A DNA stretch of 64,000 bases from positions 1-64,000 of IMG/VR virus record IMGVR_UViG_3300023199_000051. The stretch is one strand, 5' to 3'. Under the pieces are notes generated by a model. The model worked only from the letters and a program-made list of their open reading frames with translations. It was not told the DNA's origin and searched no databases. The position numbers and the translations under genes were made by a program. Source of the stretch: a virus. Of the stretch, positions 17,768 through 26,905 are shown in pieces (the first letter of the stretch is position 1; the number at the start of each line of letters is the position of its first letter).

Positions 17768-19027
17768 ATGAGCACCCCCGCCACCGTCCACAGCGCCATC
17801 ATCATTGGTGTCCACGCCTACCCTGCCACCATCAAGGTGCAGATTCTCGACCGTCCCGCACAGATCAGCATCGACGGCCTGAGCGCTGGGGCTGTACGGG
17901 AGGCCACCGAGCGTGTTCGCAGCGCCCTCGTGGCCAGCGGCTTCGCGGTGCCGCGCAAGCGCATCATCGTCAGTATCGACGCGGACGGGTATCCGCTGCA
18001 CAGCACCGGGCTTGACCTGCCCATCGCAGTCGGTATCCTCGCCGCGAGCGGCCAGCTCGACCACGACGTGAGCGATCAGGACATCATCACTGGAGAGCTG
18101 GCCCTCAACGGCTACCTTCGCCCCGTACGCGGAGCTGTCCCGATGGCACTGCTCGCGGCAGCCAAGAGCCCACACAAGCGCCTCATCGCCCCACAGAGCA
18201 CCTCGGACCTCCGCGCTGCGGCACAGGCCGCCCTCGACAGCGACGTGGTCTACGGCGTGCGGAACCTGCGTGATGCGCTCGCAGTCTTGGCCGACAAGCC
18301 GGGTCACGTAGACCCTGAGCCTGCGGTGCCTGTAGAGCACGGGGCCTGCAGCCCTGGTTGCGACTTCTCCGACATCCGCGGACGCACCGACAAGGTCAAC
18401 GAGCTGATCGACGCGGTTGCTGGCGGCGCTCGCCGCATCCTGCTGGTGGGCCCCCCTGGCACGGGCAAGTCGATGATCGCCCGTCGCCTGGCTGACGCGC
18501 TCCCGCCGTTGACGGCCCAAGAGAGATGCGACATCGGTGCCATCTACAGCGCAGCTGGGCTCCCGACCAGCCCCAGCCTCCCGACCCGCCGCCCCTTTCG
18601 AGCGCCGCACCACACTGTCTCCGTGGGGGGTATGCTGGGGAGCCGCCGATACAACATGCGCCCTGGTGAGCTGACGCTCGCTCACCACGGGGTGCTCTTC
18701 CTCGACGAAGCGGCCGAGTTCTCTCGACCCATGCTGTCTCAGGTTCGCGTGTCTCTGGAGAGGGGGTGGATCCCAATGAGCAGACTCCCCTGCACGGCTC
18801 AGCGCCTGCCTGCCAAGCCGGCCGTGACCATCGTCGCCGTCAACAGCGCGGCCCATGCCAAGCGCTTGTCGGACGCAGACTTCGCCTTCGATGTCACCCT
18901 CCACCTGCCGGAGCTGTCCACCGACAAGGTGTTGAAGGGTGAGCGCGCTCCCAGCACTGCAGAGCTGCGTGAGCGCATCATCGCTGGCTGGACCAAGCGC
19001 AGCGAAGGTGAGGGCTGCGGTGGCTGA
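17768..19027 (+). CDS. ComM/YifB (Mg-chelatase-like) AAA+ protein, C-terminally degenerate
   Basis: Lon-like N-domain (GLDLPIAVGILAASG, GELALNGYLRPVRG), Walker A GPPGTGKS, RRPFRAPHHT, Walker B LFLDE; lacks PCPCG and the C-terminal domain. Confidence 0.85.
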   Translation: MSTPATVHSAIIIGVHAYPATIKVQILDRPAQISIDGLSAGAVREATERVRSALVASGFAVPRKRIIVSIDADGYPLHSTGLDLPIAVGILAASGQLDHDVSDQDIITGELALNGYLRPVRGAVPMALLAAAKSPHKRLIAPQSTSDLRAAAQAALDSDVVYGVRNLRDALAVLADKPGHVDPEPAVPVEHGACSPGCDFSDIRGRTDKVNELIDAVAGGARRILLVGPPGTGKSMIARRLADALPPLTAQERCDIGAIYSAAGLPTSPSLPTRRPFRAPHHTVSVGGMLGSRRYNMRPGELTLAHHGVLFLDEAAEFSRPMLSQVRVSLERGWIPMSRLPCTAQRLPAKPAVTIVAVNSAAHAKRLSDADFAFDVTLHLPELSTDKVLKGERAPSTAELRERIIAGWTKRSEGEGCGG

Positions 19028-19886
19028 TACCGAGCACTTCACCTTCCAGGGAGCCACCTTCGACGTCGAGTTCCGGCGTGACGACGTCGTGCTCATTGGC
19101 ACGGATGACGCGGGCCGTACCTGGGAGTTTCGGTATCCCACCGAGATGTGGGGGGGTGCGTTCCGGTTCGAGGGGCTGCGATGGCGCAGCCGTAGGCCGC
19201 ACAACTGGGAGTACAGCGGTCAGTGGCCTCCGGGGTGCATCTACCAGGATGATGTGGAGGAAGGCACCAAGCTGCACCGCACTGTGGGAGCCCTCATCGA
19301 CGCTGTTGCAGCACGGGAGCTGGTCTCCAAGGTGCGCGGGATCCGGGGCCAGGTACGTGACCGGCTGCAGAAGCACATCGAGGCAGCGGGCGAGCAAGTG
19401 CTCCAGGCTGTGCGGGAGGCCGACACGCTCATCGCAGAGCACGGACAGCTGCCGTTTGGCTTGGAGCGAGCCTTTACGTCATACCGCGCCAGGCTGGCTG
19501 ACTACCACAGCGACCACTGGCGCAACCATCTCACGGCTGAAGAGGCCGAACAGCTGGCCGATCTGGAATCAGGTGGGTACGAGCCGCGCGCAGAAGCATA
19601 CCGCCACCGGCCAGTGAAGAAGCGGCGCCTCCCAGAAGGTGAAGCTCGCACAGCTATAGAGTCCTTCCTGTCGACCGAGCTGGAGCTATCCCAGGAGGAA
19701 GCAGAGCAGCTGCCGCTCATCATGGTGCCGGAAGGGCATGAGCTGCACTCCCCTGCGGGAGAATGCGGCTGGGCGTTCTGGCTGCTGTCCGACGACACCA
19801 CATCGTACCTACATGAAGACTCCACGGTGGAGTGGTATGGCACGGCTTACCGCGCGGACCGGACTGGTAGCAGTAGTGCAGGATAG
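19020..19886 (+). CDS. Hypothetical protein
   Basis: GTG 19020 overlaps the end of the ComM-like gene. Confidence 0.6.
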   Translation: MADTEHFTFQGATFDVEFRRDDVVLIGTDDAGRTWEFRYPTEMWGGAFRFEGLRWRSRRPHNWEYSGQWPPGCIYQDDVEEGTKLHRTVGALIDAVAARELVSKVRGIRGQVRDRLQKHIEAAGEQVLQAVREADTLIAEHGQLPFGLERAFTSYRARLADYHSDHWRNHLTAEEAEQLADLESGGYEPRAEAYRHRPVKKRRLPEGEARTAIESFLSTELELSQEEAEQLPLIMVPEGHELHSPAGECGWAFWLLSDDTTSYLHEDSTVEWYGTAYRADRTGSSSAG

Positions 19887-19943
19887 GGCTGATACAAAGC
19901 TCACTACTGCTGGACGCACCCAGGTACCAGGCCGCAAGGGTAC

Positions 19944-20414
19944 GTGGTAGGGAGGAGGCCTCTCTTGCCCTACACCGACCTGCTTGTCGGCTTCACATCA
20001 TCCGTACCCCGTTGTGCACTGGCTGCCTGGGGTGTGCGGCTGCCTCGCACCCCTGCCGATGACGCACTTGTGTGGCCTACACCAGACCAGGTGCACGAAG
20101 CTGGGGACCCCCTGTCCCGATCAGTGCTTCGGCGACTCCTCAACGAGCCTGGAGGTGCATGGAAGGATGCATCCAGCAAGCTGAAGGCTTGGATGTCGCT
20201 GGGGCTGCTAGCGCCCCGGTCATCATGCCCCGTCGTGCTCCACCATGGACAGGTAATGATCGCAGCTTCCTGTCAAGGCAGCCACGACTACGTGTACGTA
20301 GCTGCGTGGCTACCTGGTCAGCGCACTCCGGGTCTGCTACACCCATACTACCCCCCACAACGCCGGAAGGACCATGAGCACTCCAGAGACACCACAATCC
20401 CCTCCAACAGCTGA
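19944..20414 (+). CDS. Possible hypothetical protein
   Basis: Only plausible ORF filling the gap; weak start. Confidence 0.3.
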   Translation: MVGRRPLLPYTDLLVGFTSSVPRCALAAWGVRLPRTPADDALVWPTPDQVHEAGDPLSRSVLRRLLNEPGGAWKDASSKLKAWMSLGLLAPRSSCPVVLHHGQVMIAASCQGSHDYVYVAAWLPGQRTPGLLHPYYPPQRRKDHEHSRDTTIPSNS

Positions 20415-21141
20415 AGCTGCACCTCAGCCTGCCCCAGAGCATGCGCCTCCTCAGGTGCAGTGGGTGACACCCGACCAGGCCCCCGATGATACAGCCCTGC
20501 TGTGCCGGTGGAACACTGGTGCGCAAGCCTGGGCATGGCGTGTGGGGCCACAGGGGCGCCACATCGCGCCGGAGGCTGAGATCGGCATGTGGCTCGATGC
20601 CCAGACAGGGGCAGTGCTCGAAGCACCTGACCAGTGCGCCCTGCAGCAAGACGACGTGGACCCGCAGGAAGCCATCGCGGACTACGAGCAAGCGTTGCGC
20701 CTGTCCAAGCGGTCGATCTCGGCTCTCCTGGGCCGCATGCAGAGTGCACAGCGCATCGTGCAGGCTCTGAGGTTCGCGGAGGGGCACACTCCAGAGTGGG
20801 CGGCCGAGCTGCAGCGGCTTCTCAGTGAACCCCTCGACGACTCCGAAGGAGAGTGGCCCGGCCCCGAGCAGTGGGAAGCCCTCGACACACTTCGACAGGA
20901 GGGCTTCACGATCGTGGTGGGCCTCCTGCCCCGGGAACAGACCTACGTCGACGAGTTCGGCCGACCGGTCCCCTACAGCATCGACCTCCGCGACGAGCAG
21001 GGACAGTCCGTCCACGGTGTGAAGTCGACCACCCTCTTCGACGGTATCGAGGACGTACTCGAAGCCGTCGAGACAGTCTTTCGGGGTGAGGAGCCTTCCG
21101 AAGAGGACAAGGCGGGGGGCGACAACAGCGGAGAGCTGTAG
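20374..21141 (+). CDS. Acidic hypothetical protein
   Basis: GGAAGG RBS; ORF. Confidence 0.65.
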   Translation: MSTPETPQSPPTAEAAPQPAPEHAPPQVQWVTPDQAPDDTALLCRWNTGAQAWAWRVGPQGRHIAPEAEIGMWLDAQTGAVLEAPDQCALQQDDVDPQEAIADYEQALRLSKRSISALLGRMQSAQRIVQALRFAEGHTPEWAAELQRLLSEPLDDSEGEWPGPEQWEALDTLRQEGFTIVVGLLPREQTYVDEFGRPVPYSIDLRDEQGQSVHGVKSTTLFDGIEDVLEAVETVFRGEEPSEEDKAGGDNSGEL

Positions 21142-21185
21142 CGGCGGTGCACGAAAGTGTAGGTTGCAGCTAACTTTTTTGTTCT

Positions 21186-21267
21186 TTGCTGCGGGGTGTA
21201 GCACATCAGGCTACATTGTTAGTGTTGCCGGGAACCTCTCTCACCATCCCCCCGGCGAGGAGCCACG
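21186..21267 (+). promoter_or_regulatory. Early promoter family member plus shared leader
   Basis: CAGGCTACATT at 21207-21217; leader TCACCATCCCCCCGGCG also at about 17115. Confidence 0.75.
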
Positions 21268-21636
21268 ATGTTCAGCAAGGGAGACCAAATCAAGGTCACG
21301 GGCCGCGTCAAGCTGTCCGACCGCGACAAGATGATCAGCTACAACGGCGGGACTGGCCGCGAGGTCGAGATCATCTCCGACGACGACAGCACCCTGTTCG
21401 TCCGCGCCGTCGACTGGAAGCAGAAGTACCGCGACGGCGACCGCGTCCAGGTCAGCGGCACCGCCCGCTACATCCGAGAGTGGGGGGCGGACAACCAGAC
21501 CGTCTACCTCGACAACCAGCGCCTCAAGGCCGCTCCGGCTGCGCCTGCCTCCACAACCAAGGCTGCGCCTGCCTCCACAACCAAGGCTGCGCCTGCCTCC
21601 ACCGACGGCGCACCCTACGAGCCCCTGCCCTTCTAG
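21268..21636 (+). CDS. OB-fold-like beta protein with AAPASTTK repeats, ending in EPLPF
   Basis: KGDQIKVTGRV and DGDRVQVSGT half-repeats; 24-bp tandem repeat at 21537-21602. Confidence 0.65.
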   Translation: MFSKGDQIKVTGRVKLSDRDKMISYNGGTGREVEIISDDDSTLFVRAVDWKQKYRDGDRVQVSGTARYIREWGADNQTVYLDNQRLKAAPAAPASTTKAAPASTTKAAPASTDGAPYEPLPF

Positions 21637-21643
21637 GACCCCT

Positions 21644-22873
21644 ATGACTCTCTCCGACCGACAGATCGAAGTCCTGCGCGCCCTGCGCGATGGTGGTAAG
21701 CACGAGGTGTGGGCCGCTTCCCGCATCGAGCAGACGCTCAACTCCCTGGAGTGCAAGGGTCTCATCGCCTCCAACGGCTGCGCCTGGCAGCTCACCGACG
21801 CGGGGCATCATGAGCTGGCGCTTACCGAGTACAGCGCCGACCGGCTGACCATCCTCCGCTGCGGGCTGGGTCGTGACTCCATCGCCATGCTCTGCCTGCT
21901 CGTCGAGGACGGGCTCATTGCGGGAGGACGGTCGCTCACAGCCGACGACATCGACGCGGTGGTCTTCACCGACACGGGCGCCGAGTGGTCCAGCACCTAC
22001 CAGGTCATCCCGCGCATCCGCGAGATCTGCGAGGATCACGGACTGTGCTTCCTCGTGCAGGCCAAGCCGCACCCCGACCTGCAGCGCGAGTACATCAACG
22101 CCTGTCGCGAAGCTGGAGGGACGCTGCTCAAAGAGCGTCCCTGGCGCCGGTTCGAGCCTGCAACGGTCGAGAAGAAGGCCGCCCTGGGTTGGTACCACCT
22201 GCGTGCCGACATCATGGACGACTACGCAAGCCGGGACTCGATCATCGCATTCTCCGATGCGGGATGTACGGAGAACCACAAGGTCGCGCCGATGCGCGCC
22301 ATGCTCTCCGACATGACTGAAGAGCGCTACGGCGTCGACAACCGCGGGTGGGGCACGCTTGTCCGCAAGGGGCTGCGCAAGCCGCACCGGACACTGCTCG
22401 GCATTGCGTCGGATGAAGCGCACCGCGTCCTGCTCGACGCGGGCCCGAGCTATGAGCAGTCGCTGTACCCCCTGGTCGAGATGGGCATTGCCAAGTCCGA
22501 CGAGTCCGAGATCCTGGCGCGGTGGGGGCTGGGCCACGTGCACAAGAGCGGTTGCGTCATGTGCAAGTTCGCGCCTGTCTCCTGGTACTGGGCCTTGCTC
22601 GTGACCGAGCCCGAAGAGTTCGCCCGTGTCGAGAAGTACGAGGCCAACGCACTCGACAACGGCCGCAAGGCGAGTAACCGCCAGTACATCTTCCCCAAGA
22701 GCAAGGGCGACGATGGTGAGCCGCTCCGCATCCGTGAGGCCGTGAAGCAGTGGCGCCGCGACAACCCCGACGCCACGCTCGATGCCGTCATGCGCAAGGA
22801 CTACAAGCGCTGCGACCGTGGTGGGCGTCCGCTGACCAAGGCCGAGCGCGAAGCGCTGAAGCTCGTCGCATGA
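21644..22873 (+). CDS. wHTH + PAPS-reductase/adenine-nucleotide alpha-hydrolase family protein
   Basis: PP-loop-like CGLGRDS, VVFTDTGAE, CT..HK..P, GI..DE..R, YPL, KSGCVMCKF. Confidence 0.8.
   Translation: MTLSDRQIEVLRALRDGGKHEVWAASRIEQTLNSLECKGLIASNGCAWQLTDAGHHELALTEYSADRLTILRCGLGRDSIAMLCLLVEDGLIAGGRSLTADDIDAVVFTDTGAEWSSTYQVIPRIREICEDHGLCFLVQAKPHPDLQREYINACREAGGTLLKERPWRRFEPATVEKKAALGWYHLRADIMDDYASRDSIIAFSDAGCTENHKVAPMRAMLSDMTEERYGVDNRGWGTLVRKGLRKPHRTLLGIASDEAHRVLLDAGPSYEQSLYPLVEMGIAKSDESEILARWGLGHVHKSGCVMCKFAPVSWYWALLVTEPEEFARVEKYEANALDNGRKASNRQYIFPKSKGDDGEPLRIREAVKQWRRDNPDATLDAVMRKDYKRCDRGGRPLTKAEREALKLVA
22822..22864 (+). repeat. 43-bp perfect direct repeat, copy 1
   Basis: TGGGCGTCCGCTGACCAAGGCCGAGCGCGAAGCGCTGAAGCTC, identical to 23831-23873. 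Confidence 0.95.
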
Positions 22874-22934
22874 GCATCGCAGCCGCCGAGACACATTCCC
22901 TGTACTTCTGGGACCTACACAGGCAACAAAAACC

Positions 22935-23159
22935 ATGAGCACTGGCAAGCACACCGCCAACCCCGAGATCATCAAGGCTGCCAGGGCCGCCACCGACGCC
23001 ATGGCCGATGGCGGGCAGTCCTTCCGCTTCATGGAGGGCGAGACGCTGCTCGACGCCGCAAAGCGCGCTGCCGACCCGATGGACCCCAACGCCTTCGACA
23101 AGGTGCAGGGCGCCCTGGTGGGGGCCGAGGTCACACTACGCTTCGACCCGGAGGACTGA
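22935..23159 (+). CDS. Small hypothetical protein inside the repeat-bounded cassette
   Basis: ORF with GC3-biased codons. Confidence 0.55.
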   Translation: MSTGKHTANPEIIKAARAATDAMADGGQSFRFMEGETLLDAAKRAADPMDPNAFDKVQGALVGAEVTLRFDPED

Positions 23160-23250
23160 TGAGCACCACCCACCCCCAGCCCGCCATCCTGCCACCGTTC
23201 CCGCACACGCTGTCGGACACCCCCTGATCCTTGACCCCTGGAGAACCTCC

Positions 23251-23844
23251 ATGACCCTGATGCTGTTGACCCTGGCGCTCACCGCGAGCGCTGCTGACAC
23301 CCCTGCGACCACCGAGGACGGCCGCAAGGTCGTACTGCATGACGATCACACATGGTCGGAAGCGGGGGCCGAGCCCGTGGCCCCTACCGAGCCGGGTGCG
23401 CCCAAGACCTGCGACGACCTCGTGGCGACGGATACCGACAAGATGAGCGGGAGGACGAGCACGTCCACCAAGGCACCGCTGATCGTTAGCGAGGACGGAA
23501 AGACCGGGCTCGTCATCATGGCGTTCACCGGGTCCAACAGTCTGATCTGGAGCGTCAAGGCGATTGGTGCGAGCAGCTGCATCGACGACGACGCCAAGGC
23601 GCTGGTCCTGTTCACCGACGGCTCACGCCTAGAATTGGAGAACGACTCCAAGTTCAACTGTGACGGCTCCTGGGTAGCCTACTTCGGTGGCTCCTTCGGC
23701 AAGAAGAAGGAGCAGCGGGCCCTCTCCGAGAAGGAGATCGACGCGATGCGCGTGTGGACCCATGACGGGTTTGTCGAGCGCACCTTCACCGAGGAGCAGC
23801 GCGCCGACCTGCGCCAGTCCTTCGCCTGCCTGGGCGTCCGCTGA
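23251..23844 (+). CDS. Secreted/periplasmic protein
   Basis: Signal peptide MTLMLLTLALTASA; TTEDGRKVVLHDDHTW N-terminal motif; stop lies within repeat copy 2. Confidence 0.7.
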   Translation: MTLMLLTLALTASAADTPATTEDGRKVVLHDDHTWSEAGAEPVAPTEPGAPKTCDDLVATDTDKMSGRTSTSTKAPLIVSEDGKTGLVIMAFTGSNSLIWSVKAIGASSCIDDDAKALVLFTDGSRLELENDSKFNCDGSWVAYFGGSFGKKKEQRALSEKEIDAMRVWTHDGFVERTFTEEQRADLRQSFACLGVR

Positions 23845-23873
23845 CCAAGGCCGAGCGCGAAGCGCTGAAGCTC
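23831..23873 (+). repeat. 43-bp perfect direct repeat, copy 2
   Basis: See 22822-22864. Confidence 0.95.
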
Positions 23874-23910
23874 CAGGAAGCCGCATGAACACCACCAAAG
23901 GACGAACACC

Positions 23911-24401
23911 ATGACCGAAGAAGTACCCGACAGCGTTGATCTGGTCGCCCGTGTACCAGTCACCGAAGGCCGTAAGGACAACCTCTACATGCGGTCCCGC
24001 CTGGGATCTGCCAGCTACGAGGGAGCCGACATCGAGATCTGTGTGCTGACCAATGGGGGCTGCACTTCGAGATCGACAAGAGCGGCCAGGCCCCCGCGAT
24101 CTACCTCGTGGACCTGAGCCGGCTCACTCGGGCCATCTGCCAGGTGCATAGCCGCCGCCAGAAGTGTGCAGAGGTGTCGCAGGTGTGCAGCAAGCACCCC
24201 GAAGTGGTCGAAGCGGCACGCACCTACCTCCGCGCCCGGAATCCCGGTTTCGAGGAAGACGACCCCGAAGGCTTTGCCGCTGACACCGACGCCCGCGCTC
24301 GCGATTGGCTGCTCGACGAGGCCACGCCGGCCGAGGCTATCGCAAAGGAGATCGAGGCGCTGACCGCGGCCCTGGACGTGCTCAAGGAAGGTGCGCAGTG
24401 A
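23911..24401 (+). pseudogene. One gene split by a frameshift at a G5 run
   Basis: Adding one G at 24055-24059 joins ...VLTNG to GLHFEIDKSGQAPAIYLVDLS...KEGAQ. Confidence 0.6.
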
Positions 24402-25933
24402 GTCAGCCAACAGCCGAGGTCCGCACCGAGTCGGTCTACTTCTGGACGACCGGCGAGGACATGACGCGCCTTGCCCGTGGCCGTGTTCTCGACGGAGACC
24501 CCGACCACGCCGCTCGGCTCTTGCGGAGCGGTCTCGGGATGGACTGGAACCAGGCATACAGTGTGCTTGACGGCTCCAAGAAGCTCGTCGGAGACTCGCG
24601 CCGTGTCGAAGATGGCGGCGACGGTGGCCTGGCGCTGGTCGAGGATGCCGACTCCGGGGAGTACAAGCAGAGCCTCAAGTACCTGTTCGCGGGCCGCGTG
24701 AAGCACGGCGACAAGTGGTACCGCCCTCGTGTCTACGTTGCGGTCCTCGGAGAGGAGGATGCACGATGGGCCGCAAAGTCCATCGATCGTCGCCTCGGCG
24801 AGATCGGACGCTTTGGCGATGCGGACCTGTGGAGCCGCTTCAACCGGCAGCGTGCGGCCTACTACGCTCGGGACGGAGAGCCGATCTTCATTCTCTCCAT
24901 CCCCGGCCGGTCGACCCAGTCCTGGGTGATCTTCGAGCCCGTCTCCGCACCCCCGGTCTGGTGGACGGACAATCACTACATCGAGAACATGTCCGGCAAG
25001 TGGCAGCATGCCCTCAACGAGTACATGTCCGCAGGACGCACCCTGGCGAAGACCGGTGCAGTGAGCGTTTGGAACCCTCCAGCGGTCGATCTGGAAGCGC
25101 CCCTGGAGGCAGGGACCACGGACGATGCGGAGAGACAGGCTGCTCGAAAGAAGCGCGAGGCCGAGCTTGAGGCTGAAGAGGAGCAGCGAGATCAGGAGTA
25201 CCGGGAGAGGATCGACAGCTATCGCCAGCGCATCCGTGAGCAGGCCGAGGCTGGCATCGGCTACTTCACCCTGGAGGTCGAGCGTCCCGAGGGCAGCGAG
25301 CATCCGACGAGCTACCAGATCCCCCGCGCCCCCTTCGAGGTCTGGACGCTGCAGCGCACCAGCGCCAGGCACGTCGCCCCCAAGTGGGAGGCCGTCTGCC
25401 CGTTCGGACTCAAGCTGCCGATGGACGTTCCCGAGCACTCTGACTGGATGGTGGGTGCCGAGCCGGCGATCCCCTTCGATGACTGGTACGGCTCCAAGGA
25501 TCACCAGCAGGCGTTGCAGCGAGCCGTCTACGGCGCCCAGCGCAGGGTTCAGAAACAGGTGGCCGGCTTCAGCTGCCTCGTGCTCTGTGGCACCGGCTAC
25601 ATCTCCGAGGGCAAGGTCCGGCACCCCGAGCCCGACGAGGAGGTGCCGGCCGGTTCCACCATCGTCATCCCTCACGCCAGTCCGAAGTACGCGATCCCAG
25701 CCATGAGCGCCGGCCCCGAAGGACTCATCATCTGCGAGCAGGGCGGCGAGCTGTCGCACATCGCGGTGGTGGGGCGCGAGCAGGGCCTGCGGCTCGTACA
25801 GGTGCCCGATGCGCTCCAGCGGTTCCCGGCCGGCTGCTGGGTGAGCGGAGACCTGGACGAGGGCCGCGTTGGCATCACCAGTCGCCACGTGCGCGGGATC
25901 CTGGCGCCGCCGGACACCGAGGAGACGAGCTGA
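24398..25933 (+). CDS. Large protein with C-terminal PEP-utilising enzyme mobile (phospho-His) domain
   Basis: IVIPHASP...IICEQGGELSHIAVVGREQGL matches GGxxSHxA(I/V)xxRE. Confidence 0.75.
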   Translation: MSQPTAEVRTESVYFWTTGEDMTRLARGRVLDGDPDHAARLLRSGLGMDWNQAYSVLDGSKKLVGDSRRVEDGGDGGLALVEDADSGEYKQSLKYLFAGRVKHGDKWYRPRVYVAVLGEEDARWAAKSIDRRLGEIGRFGDADLWSRFNRQRAAYYARDGEPIFILSIPGRSTQSWVIFEPVSAPPVWWTDNHYIENMSGKWQHALNEYMSAGRTLAKTGAVSVWNPPAVDLEAPLEAGTTDDAERQAARKKREAELEAEEEQRDQEYRERIDSYRQRIREQAEAGIGYFTLEVERPEGSEHPTSYQIPRAPFEVWTLQRTSARHVAPKWEAVCPFGLKLPMDVPEHSDWMVGAEPAIPFDDWYGSKDHQQALQRAVYGAQRRVQKQVAGFSCLVLCGTGYISEGKVRHPEPDEEVPAGSTIVIPHASPKYAIPAMSAGPEGLIICEQGGELSHIAVVGREQGLRLVQVPDALQRFPAGCWVSGDLDEGRVGITSRHVRGILAPPDTEETS

Positions 25934-26322
25934 TGGCCGACGAACACGACGACACCGGCTACGACGCTGCACCCACGCGGTACACCGCCCACGGGCGCGA
26001 GACCATCGACCGGATGCGGGACTTCTGCTACAGCACTGCCGTTCAGCAGCGCCGGTCTTCTCCCTCCCTTCCAGAGAAGTACATACAGGGACAGGCCGAT
26101 CTCCTGTTTGCTACTCACTGCACGCTGGCGGCGATGAAGTACCGAGACCGCATTGGCCGCAAGGAGGGTGTCGACCCTGCACGCGATGCCCGTGCTGCTC
26201 AGTGGTACACGCAGATGGCGAGGCACGTACTCAACCCCGACGACGAGCCTGATCCTCGCGCAGGGCGTCCCGACTTCCAACCCTACAGGCGGCAGCCCCA
26301 GGCACCCGAGGAGACGAGCTGA
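25933..26322 (+). CDS. DUF3310-like phage protein
   Basis: RYT..GRETID...AMKYRDRIGRK....D..AA.WY. Confidence 0.7.
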   Translation: MADEHDDTGYDAAPTRYTAHGRETIDRMRDFCYSTAVQQRRSSPSLPEKYIQGQADLLFATHCTLAAMKYRDRIGRKEGVDPARDARAAQWYTQMARHVLNPDDEPDPRAGRPDFQPYRRQPQAPEETS

Positions 26323-26546
26323 TGCCCAGACCTCCCTACCGTATCCACGCTACACGCGACGACAGGGGAGCCAGCCACCCGGAGGCCCGGTCGGCCTGCG
26401 GGTCCATCACGTCCAAGCAGACAGAGGTGGGTGGTCCGCTGATGGTTCACCGCACGGCGTACACCCTCGCTGCGGCTGAAGCACTGGCGGCGCGGGTGAA
26501 CATCCCGCTCTGCCGGCGGTGTTTCCCCTCCGAGGAGACAAGCTGA
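26322..26546 (+). CDS. Small protein with C-terminal CxxC
   Basis: TGATG-coupled; SACG...LCRRC. Confidence 0.6.
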   Translation: MPRPPYRIHATRDDRGASHPEARSACGSITSKQTEVGGPLMVHRTAYTLAAAEALAARVNIPLCRRCFPSEETS

Positions 26547-26905
26547 TGTCCGATGATGATCGAAGAGCAAGTGCAGCGCAAGGCGCCCCAGACATGGCCG
26601 CGCCTGACCCTCTCGACGAGCTGCCCGATCAGCCTCCAGCCGTGCCGCCGAGCTTCGGGCTGGTCGTTCTGGCACTGGCGCTCACCCTTGCAGTGGGCAT
26701 GCACAGCATTCCACTGGCGCTGGTTGTTGCAGTGTGGACCTACAGCCTCGACCTGCGCAGGCGTCAGTGGCAAGCATTGAGTGAGCATATCTACATGCTC
26801 CAGAAGCGCTCCGTCGAGCGCTACTACACACTGCACGACAGGTATGCAGCGCTGTGCCTTGTGATGGAGCTTCAAGCACAGGAGATGAGAGAGCATGAGC
26901 ACTGA
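26546..26905 (+). CDS. Membrane protein
   Basis: Two hydrophobic stretches. Confidence 0.55.
   Translation: MSDDDRRASAAQGAPDMAAPDPLDELPDQPPAVPPSFGLVVLALALTLAVGMHSIPLALVVAVWTYSLDLRRRQWQALSEHIYMLQKRSVERYYTLHDRYAALCLVMELQAQEMREHEH

Larger units (their letters stand above)
25917..26548 (+). repeat. Three copies of the gene-junction motif CCGAGGAGAC(G/A)AGCTGATG
   Basis: At 25917-25935, 26306-26324 and 26530-26548. Confidence 0.9.

Noticed and set aside
17750-25972. Long - strand ORFs (17750..19204, 21524..23206, 24224..25972)
   Set aside because: Antisense to genes with clear motifs; expected from high GC3 bias; no RBS or motif support.
14886-26548. CRISPR-like reading of the 74-bp, 43-bp and 19-bp repeats
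   Set aside because: Spacing is hundreds to thousands of bp and irregular, copies are few, and there are no cas genes.
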